Positions 9,243 to 19,084 of a stretch of 64,000 nt of DNA are shown here, one piece after another. Within the stretch, counting starts at the first letter, position 1, and every line of letters starts with the position of its first letter. Position numbers and translations under genes: made by a program. Location: the NCBI GenBank assembly GCA_937991645.1, contig CALKPL010000025.1:6734-70733 (forward strand), written 5' to 3'. The notes beneath the pieces were generated by a model, which searched no databases, was not told where the DNA came from, and worked only from the letters and a program-made list of their open reading frames with translations. The stretch comes from an uncultured Clostridia bacterium (GTDB lineage: Bacteria > Bacillota > Clostridia > Oscillospirales > UMGS1783).

Positions 9243-9438
9243 TCACTCCCAAATTCATAATAGTCCCGCAAACCTTGAAATTACGCGTGGTTTCAGGAAA
9301 CTTCCATGCTCAAAAATCATAGCACTTATCATAGAAGAATATGTAAAAAAACTATAAATTTTGGTCCCTGGGATTCCGGGCCGGGGTCCGCGCTTGTTTT
9401 TTGCATCTGCGTATAGTATAATCAATAAAGGTGATGAA

Positions 9439-10113
9439 ATGCTGAACAATCTCATGAATATTCTGTTAAGCGCAGTGCGAAATTTCCTGTACTACGCTCC
9501 CATACTGATTTTGTCGATCACAGTGCATGAGTTCTGCCATGCTTATACGGCCAAAAAGCTCGGCGACGATACCGCCTACCTGCAGGGCCGCGTTACCCTC
9601 AATCCGCTCAAGCACCTGGACCCGGTCGGCGCGGTGTGTATGCTTCTGTTCGGGTTCGGATGGGGACGCGCCGTGCCCATTTCCGTGCTGAACTTCCGCA
9701 ATCCAAAACGGGACAGCGCCATTGTCGCGATCATGGGGCCCTTGTCCAACCTCGCGCTGGCCTGCGTTTTCGGCCTGATATTCGGCCTTGTATCCCCGTT
9801 TATGGAACCGTACGGGCCTGTGTTCATGTTCCTGTATTACGGCGTCTACCTCAACTGCGTACTGTTCGTGTTCAACCTGCTGCCCATCACGCCGCTGGAC
9901 GGATCGCGCATCCTCTCGCTCATTCTGCCTGACCGTTGGTATTACAAACTTATCAAGTATGAGCGCGTAATGTTTGCGGTGCTGATTGTGCTCATGTTTA
10001 TCGGTGTGTTTAGCCCGGTCATCCGTTTTCTGGCCGGCGGCGTGTTCACCGGTATTTCCTATACGTTTATGCTGCTTGGCGAATGGATCATACGCGCCAT
10101 TCTGCGGATATAG
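9439..10113 (+). CDS. Site-2 protease family (peptidase M50) membrane metalloprotease
   Basis: HEFCHAY zinc motif and LLPITPLDGSRIL motif in a polytopic protein. AAAGGTGA lies upstream of the ATG at 9439. Confidence 0.88.
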   Translation: MLNNLMNILLSAVRNFLYYAPILILSITVHEFCHAYTAKKLGDDTAYLQGRVTLNPLKHLDPVGAVCMLLFGFGWGRAVPISVLNFRNPKRDSAIVAIMGPLSNLALACVFGLIFGLVSPFMEPYGPVFMFLYYGVYLNCVLFVFNLLPITPLDGSRILSLILPDRWYYKLIKYERVMFAVLIVLMFIGVFSPVIRFLAGGVFTGISYTFMLLGEWIIRAILRI

Positions 10114-10124
10114 GGGGGCGGCGT

Positions 10125-10838
10125 ATGGACAAGCCCGTATTCAAGCTGGAAGTGTTTGAGGGTCCGCTTGACCTGCTGCTCAAGCTCATTTCCAAACACA
10201 AAATCAATATTTACGATATACCGATCGCCCTTGTGCTCGACCAGTATATGGAGAGCATAGAGGGAATGAAACAGATTGATCTCGACGTGGCGAGCGAATT
10301 TATGACCATGGCCGCGTATCTTCTGTATATTAAATCGCAGACGCTCCTGCCCAGGCACGAAGAGGAACAAGAGGACCCGCGCGAGAACCTGGTCCGTATG
10401 CTGCTTGAGTACCAGCGGTACAAAGCGGTCGCCGCCAGCTTGCAGGCCCTGTACACGCGCGACTGCTGCCGCGTCGTGCGGGCGCAGCAGCAGCCCGAGC
10501 CGGACGACGTCTACCGCCGCAGGCATTCGCCCTATGAGCTCGCGTCGGCGTATGCGGGCATATTCAAACGGGTAAAGACCAAGCTGCCGCCGCCGGTGTC
10601 CGCGTTCCGTGGGATCGTGGGTACCGTCGTCACGACGGTTTCGTCGCGGGTGGCAAACCTCCTGCGCCGCCTGTTCAAGCGGAACACAATGCCTTTGGCT
10701 GAGGCGTTTGAAACGGCGAAGTCCCGCTCGGACGTCGTCGCCACATTTCTGGCCGTTCTGGAGCTTACCAGCAGTAAGCGCATACGGCTGGAGGGGGAGG
10801 ACGATGCGGTCCAGATCACGCTCAGGAGGAACAAATGA
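10125..10838 (+). CDS. scpA: Segregation and condensation protein A
   Basis: N-terminal FEGPLDLLLKLISKHKINIYDIPIA motif. It is followed by scpB with an ATGA overlap. Confidence 0.93.
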   Translation: MDKPVFKLEVFEGPLDLLLKLISKHKINIYDIPIALVLDQYMESIEGMKQIDLDVASEFMTMAAYLLYIKSQTLLPRHEEEQEDPRENLVRMLLEYQRYKAVAASLQALYTRDCCRVVRAQQQPEPDDVYRRRHSPYELASAYAGIFKRVKTKLPPPVSAFRGIVGTVVTTVSSRVANLLRRLFKRNTMPLAEAFETAKSRSDVVATFLAVLELTSSKRIRLEGEDDAVQITLRRNK

Positions 10839-11476
10839 TGGAATACACACAGTTGGAAAGCGTGCTGGAGAGTCTGCTCTTCGCATCCGGCGACCCGCTC
10901 GGCGTGCCGCAGATGGCGGATATTACGGGTGAGCCGGACCAGGAAATTGTCCGCGCGCTGGAAGCGCTGGGCGCCCGTTATGAGGCGGAGCGCCGCGGCA
11001 TAGAGCTTGTACGTCTGGAGGACAAATACCAGCTTGCCACAGCCCGGGCGAACGGGCAGTATGTAAAGGCGCTGTTGGACAATCGCAGGAATCCGGCCCT
11101 GTCGCAGGCGGCATTGGAAGTGCTGTCCGTAGCGGCGTATAATCAGCCCGTAACCAGGGCATATATAGAACAGGTGCGGGGTGTGGACTGCGCGGCTGTG
11201 ATACACAACCTGGTGGAAAAGGAGCTGCTCGAGGAAAAAGGGCGGCTGGATGTGCCCGGACGGCCGCTGCTGTACGGGACGACCGCGAATTTCCTGCGTG
11301 TGTTCGATCTGGAATCCCTCTCCGAGCTGCCGGAGCTGCCGGAGATACAGCAGCCAAAAGAGGCGGCGCCGTCCGCACCCGTGCAGGTCGGGGAACAGCC
11401 CGCGCTGGAATTTTCCGAGGGCGCAGCGCCGCGCGCAGACGGTTGGCCGGAGGACGCCGGGCAGGTGGAAGTATGA
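10835..11476 (+). CDS. scpB: Segregation and condensation protein B
   Basis: LESLLFASGDPL, AALEVLSVAAYNQPVTRAYIEQVRGV and PGRPLLYGTT motifs. Confidence 0.93.
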   Translation: MMEYTQLESVLESLLFASGDPLGVPQMADITGEPDQEIVRALEALGARYEAERRGIELVRLEDKYQLATARANGQYVKALLDNRRNPALSQAALEVLSVAAYNQPVTRAYIEQVRGVDCAAVIHNLVEKELLEEKGRLDVPGRPLLYGTTANFLRVFDLESLSELPELPEIQQPKEAAPSAPVQVGEQPALEFSEGAAPRADGWPEDAGQVEV

Positions 11477-12075
11477 CGGCTTTATACATTATATTGGGCG
11501 TGGTCGGCGTCATAACGCTGGTCATGCTGCTGCCCGTGACGGTTTGCGCCGGTTATGATAACGGGCCGTGGGCGCAGGTCCGCGTGGGCGGCCTGCGGGT
11601 CTACCGGTATCCGCCGAAAAAGAAGCGTGCAAAAAAGGCGATGTGGAAAGCGGAAAAGGCGGCCCGAAAAGAAGCGGCGCAGGCCGAGGATCCCAAAGAG
11701 GGACAAAAACTGTCGGCCAAAAAAGCGCTGACCGTCTGCCGGCTTGTCAAAGAGTCGCTGAAGCGGCTGAAGCTGCGCCTGTGCGTCCCGACGGTAGAAT
11801 GCCTGCTGATTTATGGCGGCGGCGACGCTGCGAAAACCGCCGTGACGTACGGCGAGCTCAATGCAGCCGTATACGCGCTGCTCGGGTTTGCCGGTAATTA
11901 TCTGGAAATACAGAACGTCGGCATGGACATCCGGCCGGATTTTGAAAATGCGCGGCTGCTCGTTCGCGGCAAGATAGAAATACAAGGCCGGGTTGGAAAT
12001 ATTCTGCTTGCATTTCTTCGTGTTTTAGTATATCTTTATACTGTAAGGGACACGATAAATGATATAAGACAATAA
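11473..12075 (+). CDS. DUF2953 / YtfI-like sporulation-associated membrane protein
   Basis: N-terminal TM helix and a basic K/A-rich region. There is an ATGA overlap with scpB, and it sits just before the ytfJ-like gene, as in Bacillus ytfI-ytfJ. Confidence 0.6.
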   Translation: MTALYIILGVVGVITLVMLLPVTVCAGYDNGPWAQVRVGGLRVYRYPPKKKRAKKAMWKAEKAARKEAAQAEDPKEGQKLSAKKALTVCRLVKESLKRLKLRLCVPTVECLLIYGGGDAAKTAVTYGELNAAVYALLGFAGNYLEIQNVGMDIRPDFENARLLVRGKIEIQGRVGNILLAFLRVLVYLYTVRDTINDIRQ

Positions 12076-12093
12076 AAAGGATGGTGTAAGAGT

Positions 12094-12468
12094 ATGAGTG
12101 AGCACCCGATTCAAGGGATCATGGATACGACCATGCAGAAGATCAAAGAGATGGTGGACGTCAACACGATCGTAGGCGATCCCATGACCACCCCGGACGG
12201 CACGACGATCATTCCGATCTCAAAAGTATCGTTTGGGTTCGCATCCGGCGGCGCGGACATCGCGACGAAAAATCAGACGAACAACCAGCCCTTTGCCGGC
12301 GGCAGCGGCGCGGGGATCACGATCACGCCAATCGCGTTCATGGTGGTCAGCGGCGCGGACATCCGACTGATTCACGTTGCGAACAATGTCACAACGGTGG
12401 ACAAAATTGTGGAGATGGTGCCTGAAATTATCGATAAGGCGAAGGATATGTTCTCCAAGGATAAATAA
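12094..12468 (+). CDS. ytfJ: GerW/YtfJ-family sporulation protein
   Basis: 124-aa ORF with the pattern TIIPISKVSFGFASGGAD...GGSGAGITITPIAFMVV typical of YtfJ/GerW. Confidence 0.85.
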   Translation: MSEHPIQGIMDTTMQKIKEMVDVNTIVGDPMTTPDGTTIIPISKVSFGFASGGADIATKNQTNNQPFAGGSGAGITITPIAFMVVSGADIRLIHVANNVTTVDKIVEMVPEIIDKAKDMFSKDK

Positions 12469-12484
12469 GTTCTGCGGCATTGAA

Positions 12485-12521
12485 AGGGCCTGAACAGGTA
12501 ACTGTTCAGGCCCTCTTTATT
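12485..12521. terminator. Hairpin terminator between convergent ytfJ and typA
   Basis: 13-bp stem AGGGCCTGAACAG / CTGTTCAGGCCCT, then CTTTATT. Confidence 0.75.
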
Positions 12522-12587
12522 GTGGAAAATCGAGGTATATATGCGAAAAATGTCCGGGCGTTTCAGCGGCAGGGTACAGGCGGGGTT

Positions 12588-14414
12588 TCATGAGGAGGAG
12601 ACGGACTTTAGTTCGCGCATGCGCTGGGCGTGGTCCAGTACGCGTTTGCGGATGCGCAGCGTCTTGGGCGTGACTTCGAGCAGCTCGTCTTCCCGCAGAA
12701 ATTCAAGCGATTCTTCCAGGCTCATCCTGCGCGGAGGAATCAGCCGCAGCGCGTCGTCGCTGCCGGAAGCGCGCATATTTGTAACGTGCTTTTTTTTACA
12801 TACGTTGACGGCCAGATCGTCCGGCTTGGCCGAGACGCCGACCACCATGCCGGCGTAGACCGGCGTGCCGGGATCTATGAACAGCGTGCCGCGCTCCTGC
12901 GCGTTGTACAGGCCGTAGGCGACGGCTTCGCCCGTTTCAAAAGCGATCAGCGAACCGTTGGCACGCTGCGGGAGTTCACCCGCATAGGGCATATACGCGT
13001 GAAAAATCGTATTGAGAATGCCTTCGCCGTGGGTGTCGGTAAGAAAATCGCTGCGGTAGCCGAACAGGCCGCGGGAGGGAATGAGGAACTCCAGCCGAAT
13101 ACGGTTGCCCTGCGGGCGCATTTGCAGCAGTTCGCCTTTGCGCCGGCCCATTTTTTCCATAACGCTGCCGAGATAGGCTTCGGGCACGTCCAGAATCAGC
13201 TCTTCATAGGGTTCCTGGCGCTTGCCGTCCACCGTTTTATAGAGAACTTTCGGCGTGCCGACCTGGAACTCGTAGCCCTCTCTGCGCATGTTTTCGATCA
13301 GGATGGAAAGATGCAGTTCTCCGCGGCCCAACACGCGGAAGGAGTCGGCCGTCTCGCCGGGCTGGACGCGCAGCGCAACGTCGCGCAGCAGTTCGCGTTC
13401 GAGCCTGTCCTTTATATGCCGGGAGGTGAGGAATTTCCCGTCTTTGCCGGCAAATGGGCTTGTATTGACGCCGAATGTCATTTCCACCGTCGGCTCCGAG
13501 ATGTTGACGAAGGGCAGCGGCTCGACGTGCAGCGGATCGCACAATGTGTTGCCGATGTTGATGTCGTTAATACCGCTGACGCAGATAATGTCGCCCGCGG
13601 CGGCGGATTCGACCTGAACACGGTTCAGGCCTTCAAACTGGTACAGCGTTGTAAGCTTGCCTTTGCGGCTGATAGAAGGATCGTGGTAGTCGCAGACGAT
13701 CACTTCCTGACCACGGCGGACCGTGCCGCGCTCGATGCGCCCGATCCCGATCCGGCCAACATAGTCGCTGTAGTCAATAGAGGAAACGAGCACCTGCGCA
13801 GGCCCGTCCGGATCGCCTTCAGGCGGCGCGATATACTCCAGAATAATGTCGAACAGAGCGGACAGGTCCTTGCCCGGCCGGTCCTGGAACAGGGAGGCGG
13901 TGCCCTCCTTGCCGGAACAGTAGACGATGGGGCTGTCAAGCTGCTCATCCGTTGCGCCGAGATCCATCAGCAGTTCAAGCACTTCATTGACCACTTCGTC
14001 CAGGCGCGCGTCAGGCCTGTCGATTTTATTGATAACGACAATGACCCGATGGTTGAGCTGCAGGGCGCGTTCGAGCACAAACCGCGTCTGCGGCATGGGC
14101 CCTTCAAATGCGTCCACAAGCAGCAGCACGCCGTTTACCATTTTTAGAATGCGTTCCACCTCGCCGCCAAAATCGGCGTGGCCCGGCGTATCGACGACGT
14201 TTATTTTTACGTCCTTGTACTGAACCGACGTGTTTTTTGCGAGTATGGTAATGCCGCGCTCGCGCTCGAGGTCGTTGGAGTCCATCACCCTGTCCTGTAC
14301 GACCTGGTTGTCACGGAAAATGCCGCTTTGCTTCAGCATTTCATCGACAAGCGTTGTCTTCCCATGGTCTACATGGGCTATGATGGCTATATTGCGCAGG
14401 TCTTCCCGTTTCAA
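12588..14414 (-). CDS. typA: Translational GTPase TypA/BipA
   Basis: 608 aa with G1 [23 protein letters not shown] and NKIDR. The overall architecture is EF-G-like. Confidence 0.97.
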   Translation of the reverse strand: MKREDLRNIAIIAHVDHGKTTLVDEMLKQSGIFRDNQVVQDRVMDSNDLERERGITILAKNTSVQYKDVKINVVDTPGHADFGGEVERILKMVNGVLLLVDAFEGPMPQTRFVLERALQLNHRVIVVINKIDRPDARLDEVVNEVLELLMDLGATDEQLDSPIVYCSGKEGTASLFQDRPGKDLSALFDIILEYIAPPEGDPDGPAQVLVSSIDYSDYVGRIGIGRIERGTVRRGQEVIVCDYHDPSISRKGKLTTLYQFEGLNRVQVESAAAGDIICVSGINDINIGNTLCDPLHVEPLPFVNISEPTVEMTFGVNTSPFAGKDGKFLTSRHIKDRLERELLRDVALRVQPGETADSFRVLGRGELHLSILIENMRREGYEFQVGTPKVLYKTVDGKRQEPYEELILDVPEAYLGSVMEKMGRRKGELLQMRPQGNRIRLEFLIPSRGLFGYRSDFLTDTHGEGILNTIFHAYMPYAGELPQRANGSLIAFETGEAVAYGLYNAQERGTLFIDPGTPVYAGMVVGVSAKPDDLAVNVCKKKHVTNMRASGSDDALRLIPPRRMSLEESLEFLREDELLEVTPKTLRIRKRVLDHAQRMRELKSVSSS

Positions 14415-14511
14415 ATCTCGTTCACCTCAAAAAAATGGACTGCCGTGCGGCAATCCTATTTAAAATCGCTATATAAGTATATACCAAAACGTTCGATTAT
14501 GCAAATTTTTT

Positions 14512-14784
14512 CTAACTGCGCGTACACAGGATAATCACGACGATGACGCAGAGCCAGACTGCTCCGAACAGGGGCATACCCGTTGTGAAGGTCCGGTGCT
14601 TCGTCTTGTGCCTGAATATATACATGGCCAGGTGGATTCCGAATACGCCGCCGGCCATTGCTACGGCAAAGAGGAACTTTTCAGAGACGCGGTATTTATG
14701 ATGAATCGCCCGCATCTTATCGTACCAGCAGATAAAGTAGCCGAATATATTGATTAGGATCAGATAAAGTATAAATATGATCAT
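14512..14784 (-). CDS. DUF1294 small membrane protein
   Basis: 90 aa with the DKxxA...R(V/I)SE motif (WYDKMRAIHHKYRVSE) and FRHKTKH. Confidence 0.8.
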   Translation of the reverse strand: MIIFILYLILINIFGYFICWYDKMRAIHHKYRVSEKFLFAVAMAGGVFGIHLAMYIFRHKTKHRTFTTGMPLFGAVWLCVIVVIILCTRS

Positions 14785-14875
14785 AGGGAACTCCTCACAG
14801 AATTACCTATTATTGTATAACAGTCTATACATAATTGCAAGTGTGAATTGCCATGGCCGCCGTTCAGAATCTGCG

Positions 14876-14908
14876 CGAAAAAAGGATGCGGCTTTTTTGC
14901 CGCATCCT
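14876..14908 (-). terminator. Intrinsic terminator of dfx
   Basis: AGGATGCGGC / GCCGCATCCT stem. The A-run on the plus strand gives a U-run on the minus strand. Confidence 0.8.
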
Positions 14909-14924
14909 CGCTATGTAGCCGGAT

Positions 14925-15308
14925 TTACAGCTGCGTTTTCCACAGCCCGTGCAGATTACAGTACGCAAATACCGCGACAGGCTTGTCGTCCACGACCTTG
15001 AAGTTAAACTCCGGCGTTTCACCGGGTTTAAACGCTTTGCGCTGCCCGCCGCGGTCCGTTTCCACATACACCCACTGGATGTAATGGTCTTCGCCCATCG
15101 GATGGGGCGCGCTGCCGATTTTTACATTGACGTTTTCGCCGTTGACGGTAACGACGGGGAGATGTTTTTCCGTGGACGCTTCCGCCGTGTTGGGCTCTAC
15201 TTCCTGCATTTTTTCGCCGCAGCAGATCATGGGTACCTGACCATCATAAATCAGCCCGACAAAGTTTCCGCAGTGTTTACAGGTGAAAAATTTTTGTACG
15301 CCAAACAT
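14925..15308 (-). CDS. dfx: Desulfoferrodoxin (superoxide reductase)
   Basis: N-terminal desulforedoxin-like CKHCGN...CCG. The C-terminal SOR domain has EKHLPV, HPM and CNLHGLW. GGAGG lies 8 nt before the ATG at 15308. Confidence 0.9.
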   Translation of the reverse strand: MFGVQKFFTCKHCGNFVGLIYDGQVPMICCGEKMQEVEPNTAEASTEKHLPVVTVNGENVNVKIGSAPHPMGEDHYIQWVYVETDRGGQRKAFKPGETPEFNFKVVDDKPVAVFAYCNLHGLWKTQL

Positions 15309-15383
15309 TGCAAATACCTCCATTATAGTATATAATATAATAAAATAAGGTTTTTTTAATCGCATTTGGACTCGGTGTGCGGT

Positions 15384-15698
15384 TTACACACCGAGCATTT
15401 CCATTAAAGCCTGTTTTGTCTGAACCCCTATTTTTTTACCGGCGAGTTCTCCGCCCTTGAAAACAAGGAGTGTGGGAATGGACATAATGCCATACTGCGC
15501 CGCAAGGTCGGGCTGCTCGTCCACATTGATTTTGCCGATATTGGCTTTGCCGTCCAAATCCTCGGCCAGCTCGTCGACAATGGGGGAGACCATTCTGCAG
15601 GGGCCGCACCACGGCGCCCAGAAATCTATCAGAACCGGTTTGTTTGAATCGAGAACAAAGCTTTTGAAGTTTTCTTTGGTAATTTCGGTGACTGCCAT
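15384..15698 (-). CDS. trxA: Thioredoxin
   Basis: 104 aa with the WCGPC active site. Confidence 0.96.
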   Translation of the reverse strand: MAVTEITKENFKSFVLDSNKPVLIDFWAPWCGPCRMVSPIVDELAEDLDGKANIGKINVDEQPDLAAQYGIMSIPTLLVFKGGELAGKKIGVQTKQALMEMLGV

Positions 15699-15788
15699 TT
15701 TAATCCTCCTTTTTCAGTGTTCTATGCTTCCATTATAACTTATCCATTTTTTATGTCAATATAACCTTTACTAATTTAGGAAATTTTT

Positions 15789-17198
15789 TCAGCCTGGAAA
15801 CGGGGCGACGCGTTCATCGTCTTCCAGCAGCAGCTCCGCGATTTTGTATACGTCGCCCGCGCCCATCGTCAGGATAAGCGAGTTTGGAACGGCCATTTCT
15901 TTGGCGGCCTTTGCCGCATCGGCAAAACTGCTTGCATAGATCGCACCGTCAATCTGGCTTGCAAGGAGACGGGAATTGACCTCTTTGTCCTCAAGCTCTC
16001 TTGCCGCGTATATATCGCACAAAATCACCGCGTCGGCAAGGGCGAGCGCTTTCCGGAATTTCGGCATGAGCGCTTTTGTTCTGGAATACGTGTGCGGCTG
16101 AAAGATAAGGATAATTTTGTCATAGTCCATATTCCTGGCCGCTTTCAGAGTGGCTTCAATTTCAGAGGGGTGGTGTGCGTAATCGTCGACGACCGTAAAC
16201 AGCTCGGTCCTCCCCTTGATTTCAAATCTCCGCTGCGCGCCGCGGAACTGGTGCAGTCCGCTGATTACGTTCTGCAGTCCGACCTTTAGCGTATGCGCGC
16301 AGGCCGCCGCCGCTACGGCGTTGCGTATGTTGTGTTCGCCCGGAACCTGAAGGGCGATTCCGCACAGTTTCTTATTGTTGTAAATCAGGTCGAAGCTGGC
16401 GAAGCCGTTTCGATAATGTATATTGCTCGCGTGGTAATCGCCTTTGTACAGGCCGAACGTGACAACCTTCCCCTGGAATTTCTCCACGACTTTGCGGCAG
16501 TTTTCATCGTCCTGGTTGATAATTACGATACCGTCTTTCGCCGTGTTTTCAAGAATATATTTCTCAAACGTTGCGGTGATTTCATCCATATCCTTATAGA
16601 AGTCGAGATGGTCCTCGTCAATATTCAGGATAATCGAGATTTTGGGATAGAATTTCAGGAAGGATGCTGCGTATTCGTCTGATTCAAAGATAAAATACTT
16701 TTGCGTTCCCAGATGGAAGTTGCTCTGGATCTGCGGCAGGTTTGCGCCGACCGTGATGGTTGGATCGAGGCCCGCGTCCAGCATGATGCAGGAGAGCATG
16801 GACGTCGTAGTCGACTTTCCGTGCGTGCCGGCGATTCCGATGGGGCATGAAAACTGCCGCATCAGCGCGCCAAGCAGATCTTTTCGTTCGAAACACTGGA
16901 TGCCCCTGGCCCGCGCAGCCGTCAGCTCCGGGTTGTCGGCCCGTATAGCGGCGGTGTAGATCACAAGGTCCACGTCCTGGATATTGTCCGGATGGTGGCC
17001 GTGGAACACAGTGACGCCGGCCTCCTCCAGTTTCTGGAACGAGTCGGTGTTCATGTCCGAACCCGATACTTCATAACCCCGGGAACGGAGAATCAGCGCG
17101 AGCGCGCTCATGCTGATGCCTCCAATCCCAATAAAATGTACTTTATTTGCGCTTTGTATGCTCTGCTCTATTCCTTGCTGCTGCATATACGGCGTCAA
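15789..17198 (-). CDS. murC: UDP-N-acetylmuramate--L-alanine ligase
   Basis: 469 aa with HFIGIGGISMSALA and GIAGTHGKSTTTSM. Mur ligase architecture. Confidence 0.96.
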   Translation of the reverse strand: MTPYMQQQGIEQSIQSANKVHFIGIGGISMSALALILRSRGYEVSGSDMNTDSFQKLEEAGVTVFHGHHPDNIQDVDLVIYTAAIRADNPELTAARARGIQCFERKDLLGALMRQFSCPIGIAGTHGKSTTTSMLSCIMLDAGLDPTITVGANLPQIQSNFHLGTQKYFIFESDEYAASFLKFYPKISIILNIDEDHLDFYKDMDEITATFEKYILENTAKDGIVIINQDDENCRKVVEKFQGKVVTFGLYKGDYHASNIHYRNGFASFDLIYNNKKLCGIALQVPGEHNIRNAVAAAACAHTLKVGLQNVISGLHQFRGAQRRFEIKGRTELFTVVDDYAHHPSEIEATLKAARNMDYDKIILIFQPHTYSRTKALMPKFRKALALADAVILCDIYAARELEDKEVNSRLLASQIDGAIYASSFADAAKAAKEMAVPNSLILTMGAGDVYKIAELLLEDDERVAPFPG

Positions 17199-17349
17199 TC
17201 CTTCCTCAGTGTATTCAAACTTTCAGCAGTATGTAACATTCAATTGATAATATTATATCACACGTTTGCATGAAAGTTGCAGTGGTGCACATACTTTTTG
17301 TATAAATTATTTCTGATAGACAGATAATAGAGACAGGAGAGTGTTAACT

Positions 17350-17643
17350 ATGAAAATTACGGGTGTCAAAGTTCGCAAGCTCAGCGACAACGAGAAGATG
17401 AAGGCGATTGTTTCCGTCACATTTGATGATGAGATTGTAATTCATGATATCAAGGTGATCTATAACGAAGGGCGGCTGTTTGTCGCCATGCCGAGCAGGC
17501 GTACGAGCGAAGGGAAGTATCTCGATATCGCCCACCCCATCAACGGTACTGTGCGCGAGTACCTGGAGACGGAAGTACTCAACGCATACAGGCAGGCGAG
17601 CAGCGAGATGATGGAGCAGAGGACTCCCGCAGAGGAGCTGTAA
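17350..17643 (+). CDS. spoVG: Septation protein SpoVG
   Basis: MKITGVKVRKL...KAIVSVTFDDEIVIHDIKVI...FVAMPSRR. AGGAGAG lies upstream. Confidence 0.95.
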   Translation: MKITGVKVRKLSDNEKMKAIVSVTFDDEIVIHDIKVIYNEGRLFVAMPSRRTSEGKYLDIAHPINGTVREYLETEVLNAYRQASSEMMEQRTPAEEL

Positions 17644-17658
17644 ACGATTCCAAAGAAA

Positions 17659-17697
17659 CCCCCAAACCGGCAAAGCGGGTTTGGGGGGATTTCGTTA
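17659..17697 (+). terminator. Intrinsic terminator of spoVG
   Basis: CCCCCAAACC / GGTTTGGGGG stem followed by a T-rich tail. Confidence 0.75.
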
Positions 17698-17747
17698 TAC
17701 ACCGGCTCTGCTTGCGCACAGAGCGCGGCGGTTTTGAGCGAAATTGC

Positions 17748-18953
17748 TTACAAAGCAGAGACGATTTCGTACGTATCGCGGGCGATGAGCAGTTCCTCGT
17801 TCGTCGGCACGACCCATACTTCAACTTTGGAGTCGTCCGCTGAGATCTTTTCATCGCGACCAGTAGAGCCGGCGTTGTTGCGCTCTGCGGAAATTTTGAC
17901 GCCGAGATATTCCATATCCGCGCAGACACGTGCACGGATGTCCATATCATTTTCACCAATGCCGCCGGTGAACAGAATGGCGTCCACGCCGTTCATGGCC
18001 GCGGCATACGCGCCGATGAATTTCTTGATCTGGTATACGAGCATGTCAAGGGTGAGCTGCGCGCGCGCATTGCCCTCCTTAGCGGCCGTCTTTACGTCGC
18101 GGCAGTCGCTGGACACGCCGGAAATGCCGATGAACCCGGATTTCTTATTCATCAGGTCCGACATCTGATCCGGAGTCAGGCCCTCTTTGTTCATAATATA
18201 GGTGACGACGGACGGGTCTATCCCGCCGCTTCTCGTGCCCATAATGAAACCGTCGAGCGGGGTAAAGCCCATGGAAGTATCGAGCACCTTGCCATCCTGA
18301 ATGGCGGTGATGGAGCTGCCGTTGCCGAGGTGGCAGGTGATCAGCTTCGTGCCTTTCAGGTCGCCGCCCTTGATCTGGCCGAAGTGCTGGCTGATATAGC
18401 GGTGGCTCGTGCCGTGGAAGCCATACCTGCGGATGGAATACTTCTCATAGTATTCGTACGGAACGCCGAACATGAACGCCTTGGGCGGCATAGTCTGATG
18501 AAAAGACGTGTCGAAAATGGCCACCATGGGCGTGTCCGCGCCAAACACTTCGCGGCAGGCTTTCATTGCAATCGCCTGAGGCGGGTTGTGCAGCGGACCC
18601 AGCTCGCGGAAGGAGAGGATGTCGTCAATGACCTTTTCTGTGACTAGGGTGGACGTCTTGTACACTTCGCTGCCGTGGAGCACGCGGTGCCCAACGGCGC
18701 TTATGTCCTTCACCGAATCAATTACCTTGCCCTCGCCGGTGGTCAGAGCCTCTACAACCGCCAGAAAGGCTTCCTTATGCGACGGAAACGGCGTGTCCTT
18801 CTCGACTACATATCCGGCGGCCGTCTTGTGTTTGATCGAACCGCCGATCCCGATCCGTTCGCAGTTTCCCTTTGCCAGGACAGCTTCGTTGGTCATATCG
18901 ATCAGCTGATATTTCAGCGAAGAGCTGCCGGCATTGATTACCAGAATGTTCAT
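17748..18953 (-). CDS. ackA: Acetate kinase
   Basis: MNILVINAGSSSLKYQL N-terminus, plus HRVLHG and GFHGTSH motifs. GGAGG lies 6 nt before the ATG at 18953. Confidence 0.96.
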   Translation of the reverse strand: MNILVINAGSSSLKYQLIDMTNEAVLAKGNCERIGIGGSIKHKTAAGYVVEKDTPFPSHKEAFLAVVEALTTGEGKVIDSVKDISAVGHRVLHGSEVYKTSTLVTEKVIDDILSFRELGPLHNPPQAIAMKACREVFGADTPMVAIFDTSFHQTMPPKAFMFGVPYEYYEKYSIRRYGFHGTSHRYISQHFGQIKGGDLKGTKLITCHLGNGSSITAIQDGKVLDTSMGFTPLDGFIMGTRSGGIDPSVVTYIMNKEGLTPDQMSDLMNKKSGFIGISGVSSDCRDVKTAAKEGNARAQLTLDMLVYQIKKFIGAYAAAMNGVDAILFTGGIGENDMDIRARVCADMEYLGVKISAERNNAGSTGRDEKISADDSKVEVWVVPTNEELLIARDTYEIVSAL

Positions 18954-19084
18954 TTTAAACCTCCAGTTGTTCAATTTCTTGCATAGTTTATTCTTAACGG
19001 TTATCATTATAATACTATTTTGACCTGAGAATCAACCGTTTCCCGAGATTTTATTGATATTTTAGACAAAAAATAGGTGAACGA

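Noticed and set aside
12630-14147. 505-aa plus-strand ORF opposite typA
   Set aside because: This is an antisense shadow of a certain gene. It has no family motifs, is Arg/Ala/Val-rich and has no RBS.
15371-15395. Hairpin CTCGGTGTG / CACACCGAG overlapping the trxA stop codon
   Set aside because: No U-tract follows it on the minus strand, and it partly encodes the trxA C-terminus. There is not enough evidence to call it a terminator or attenuator.
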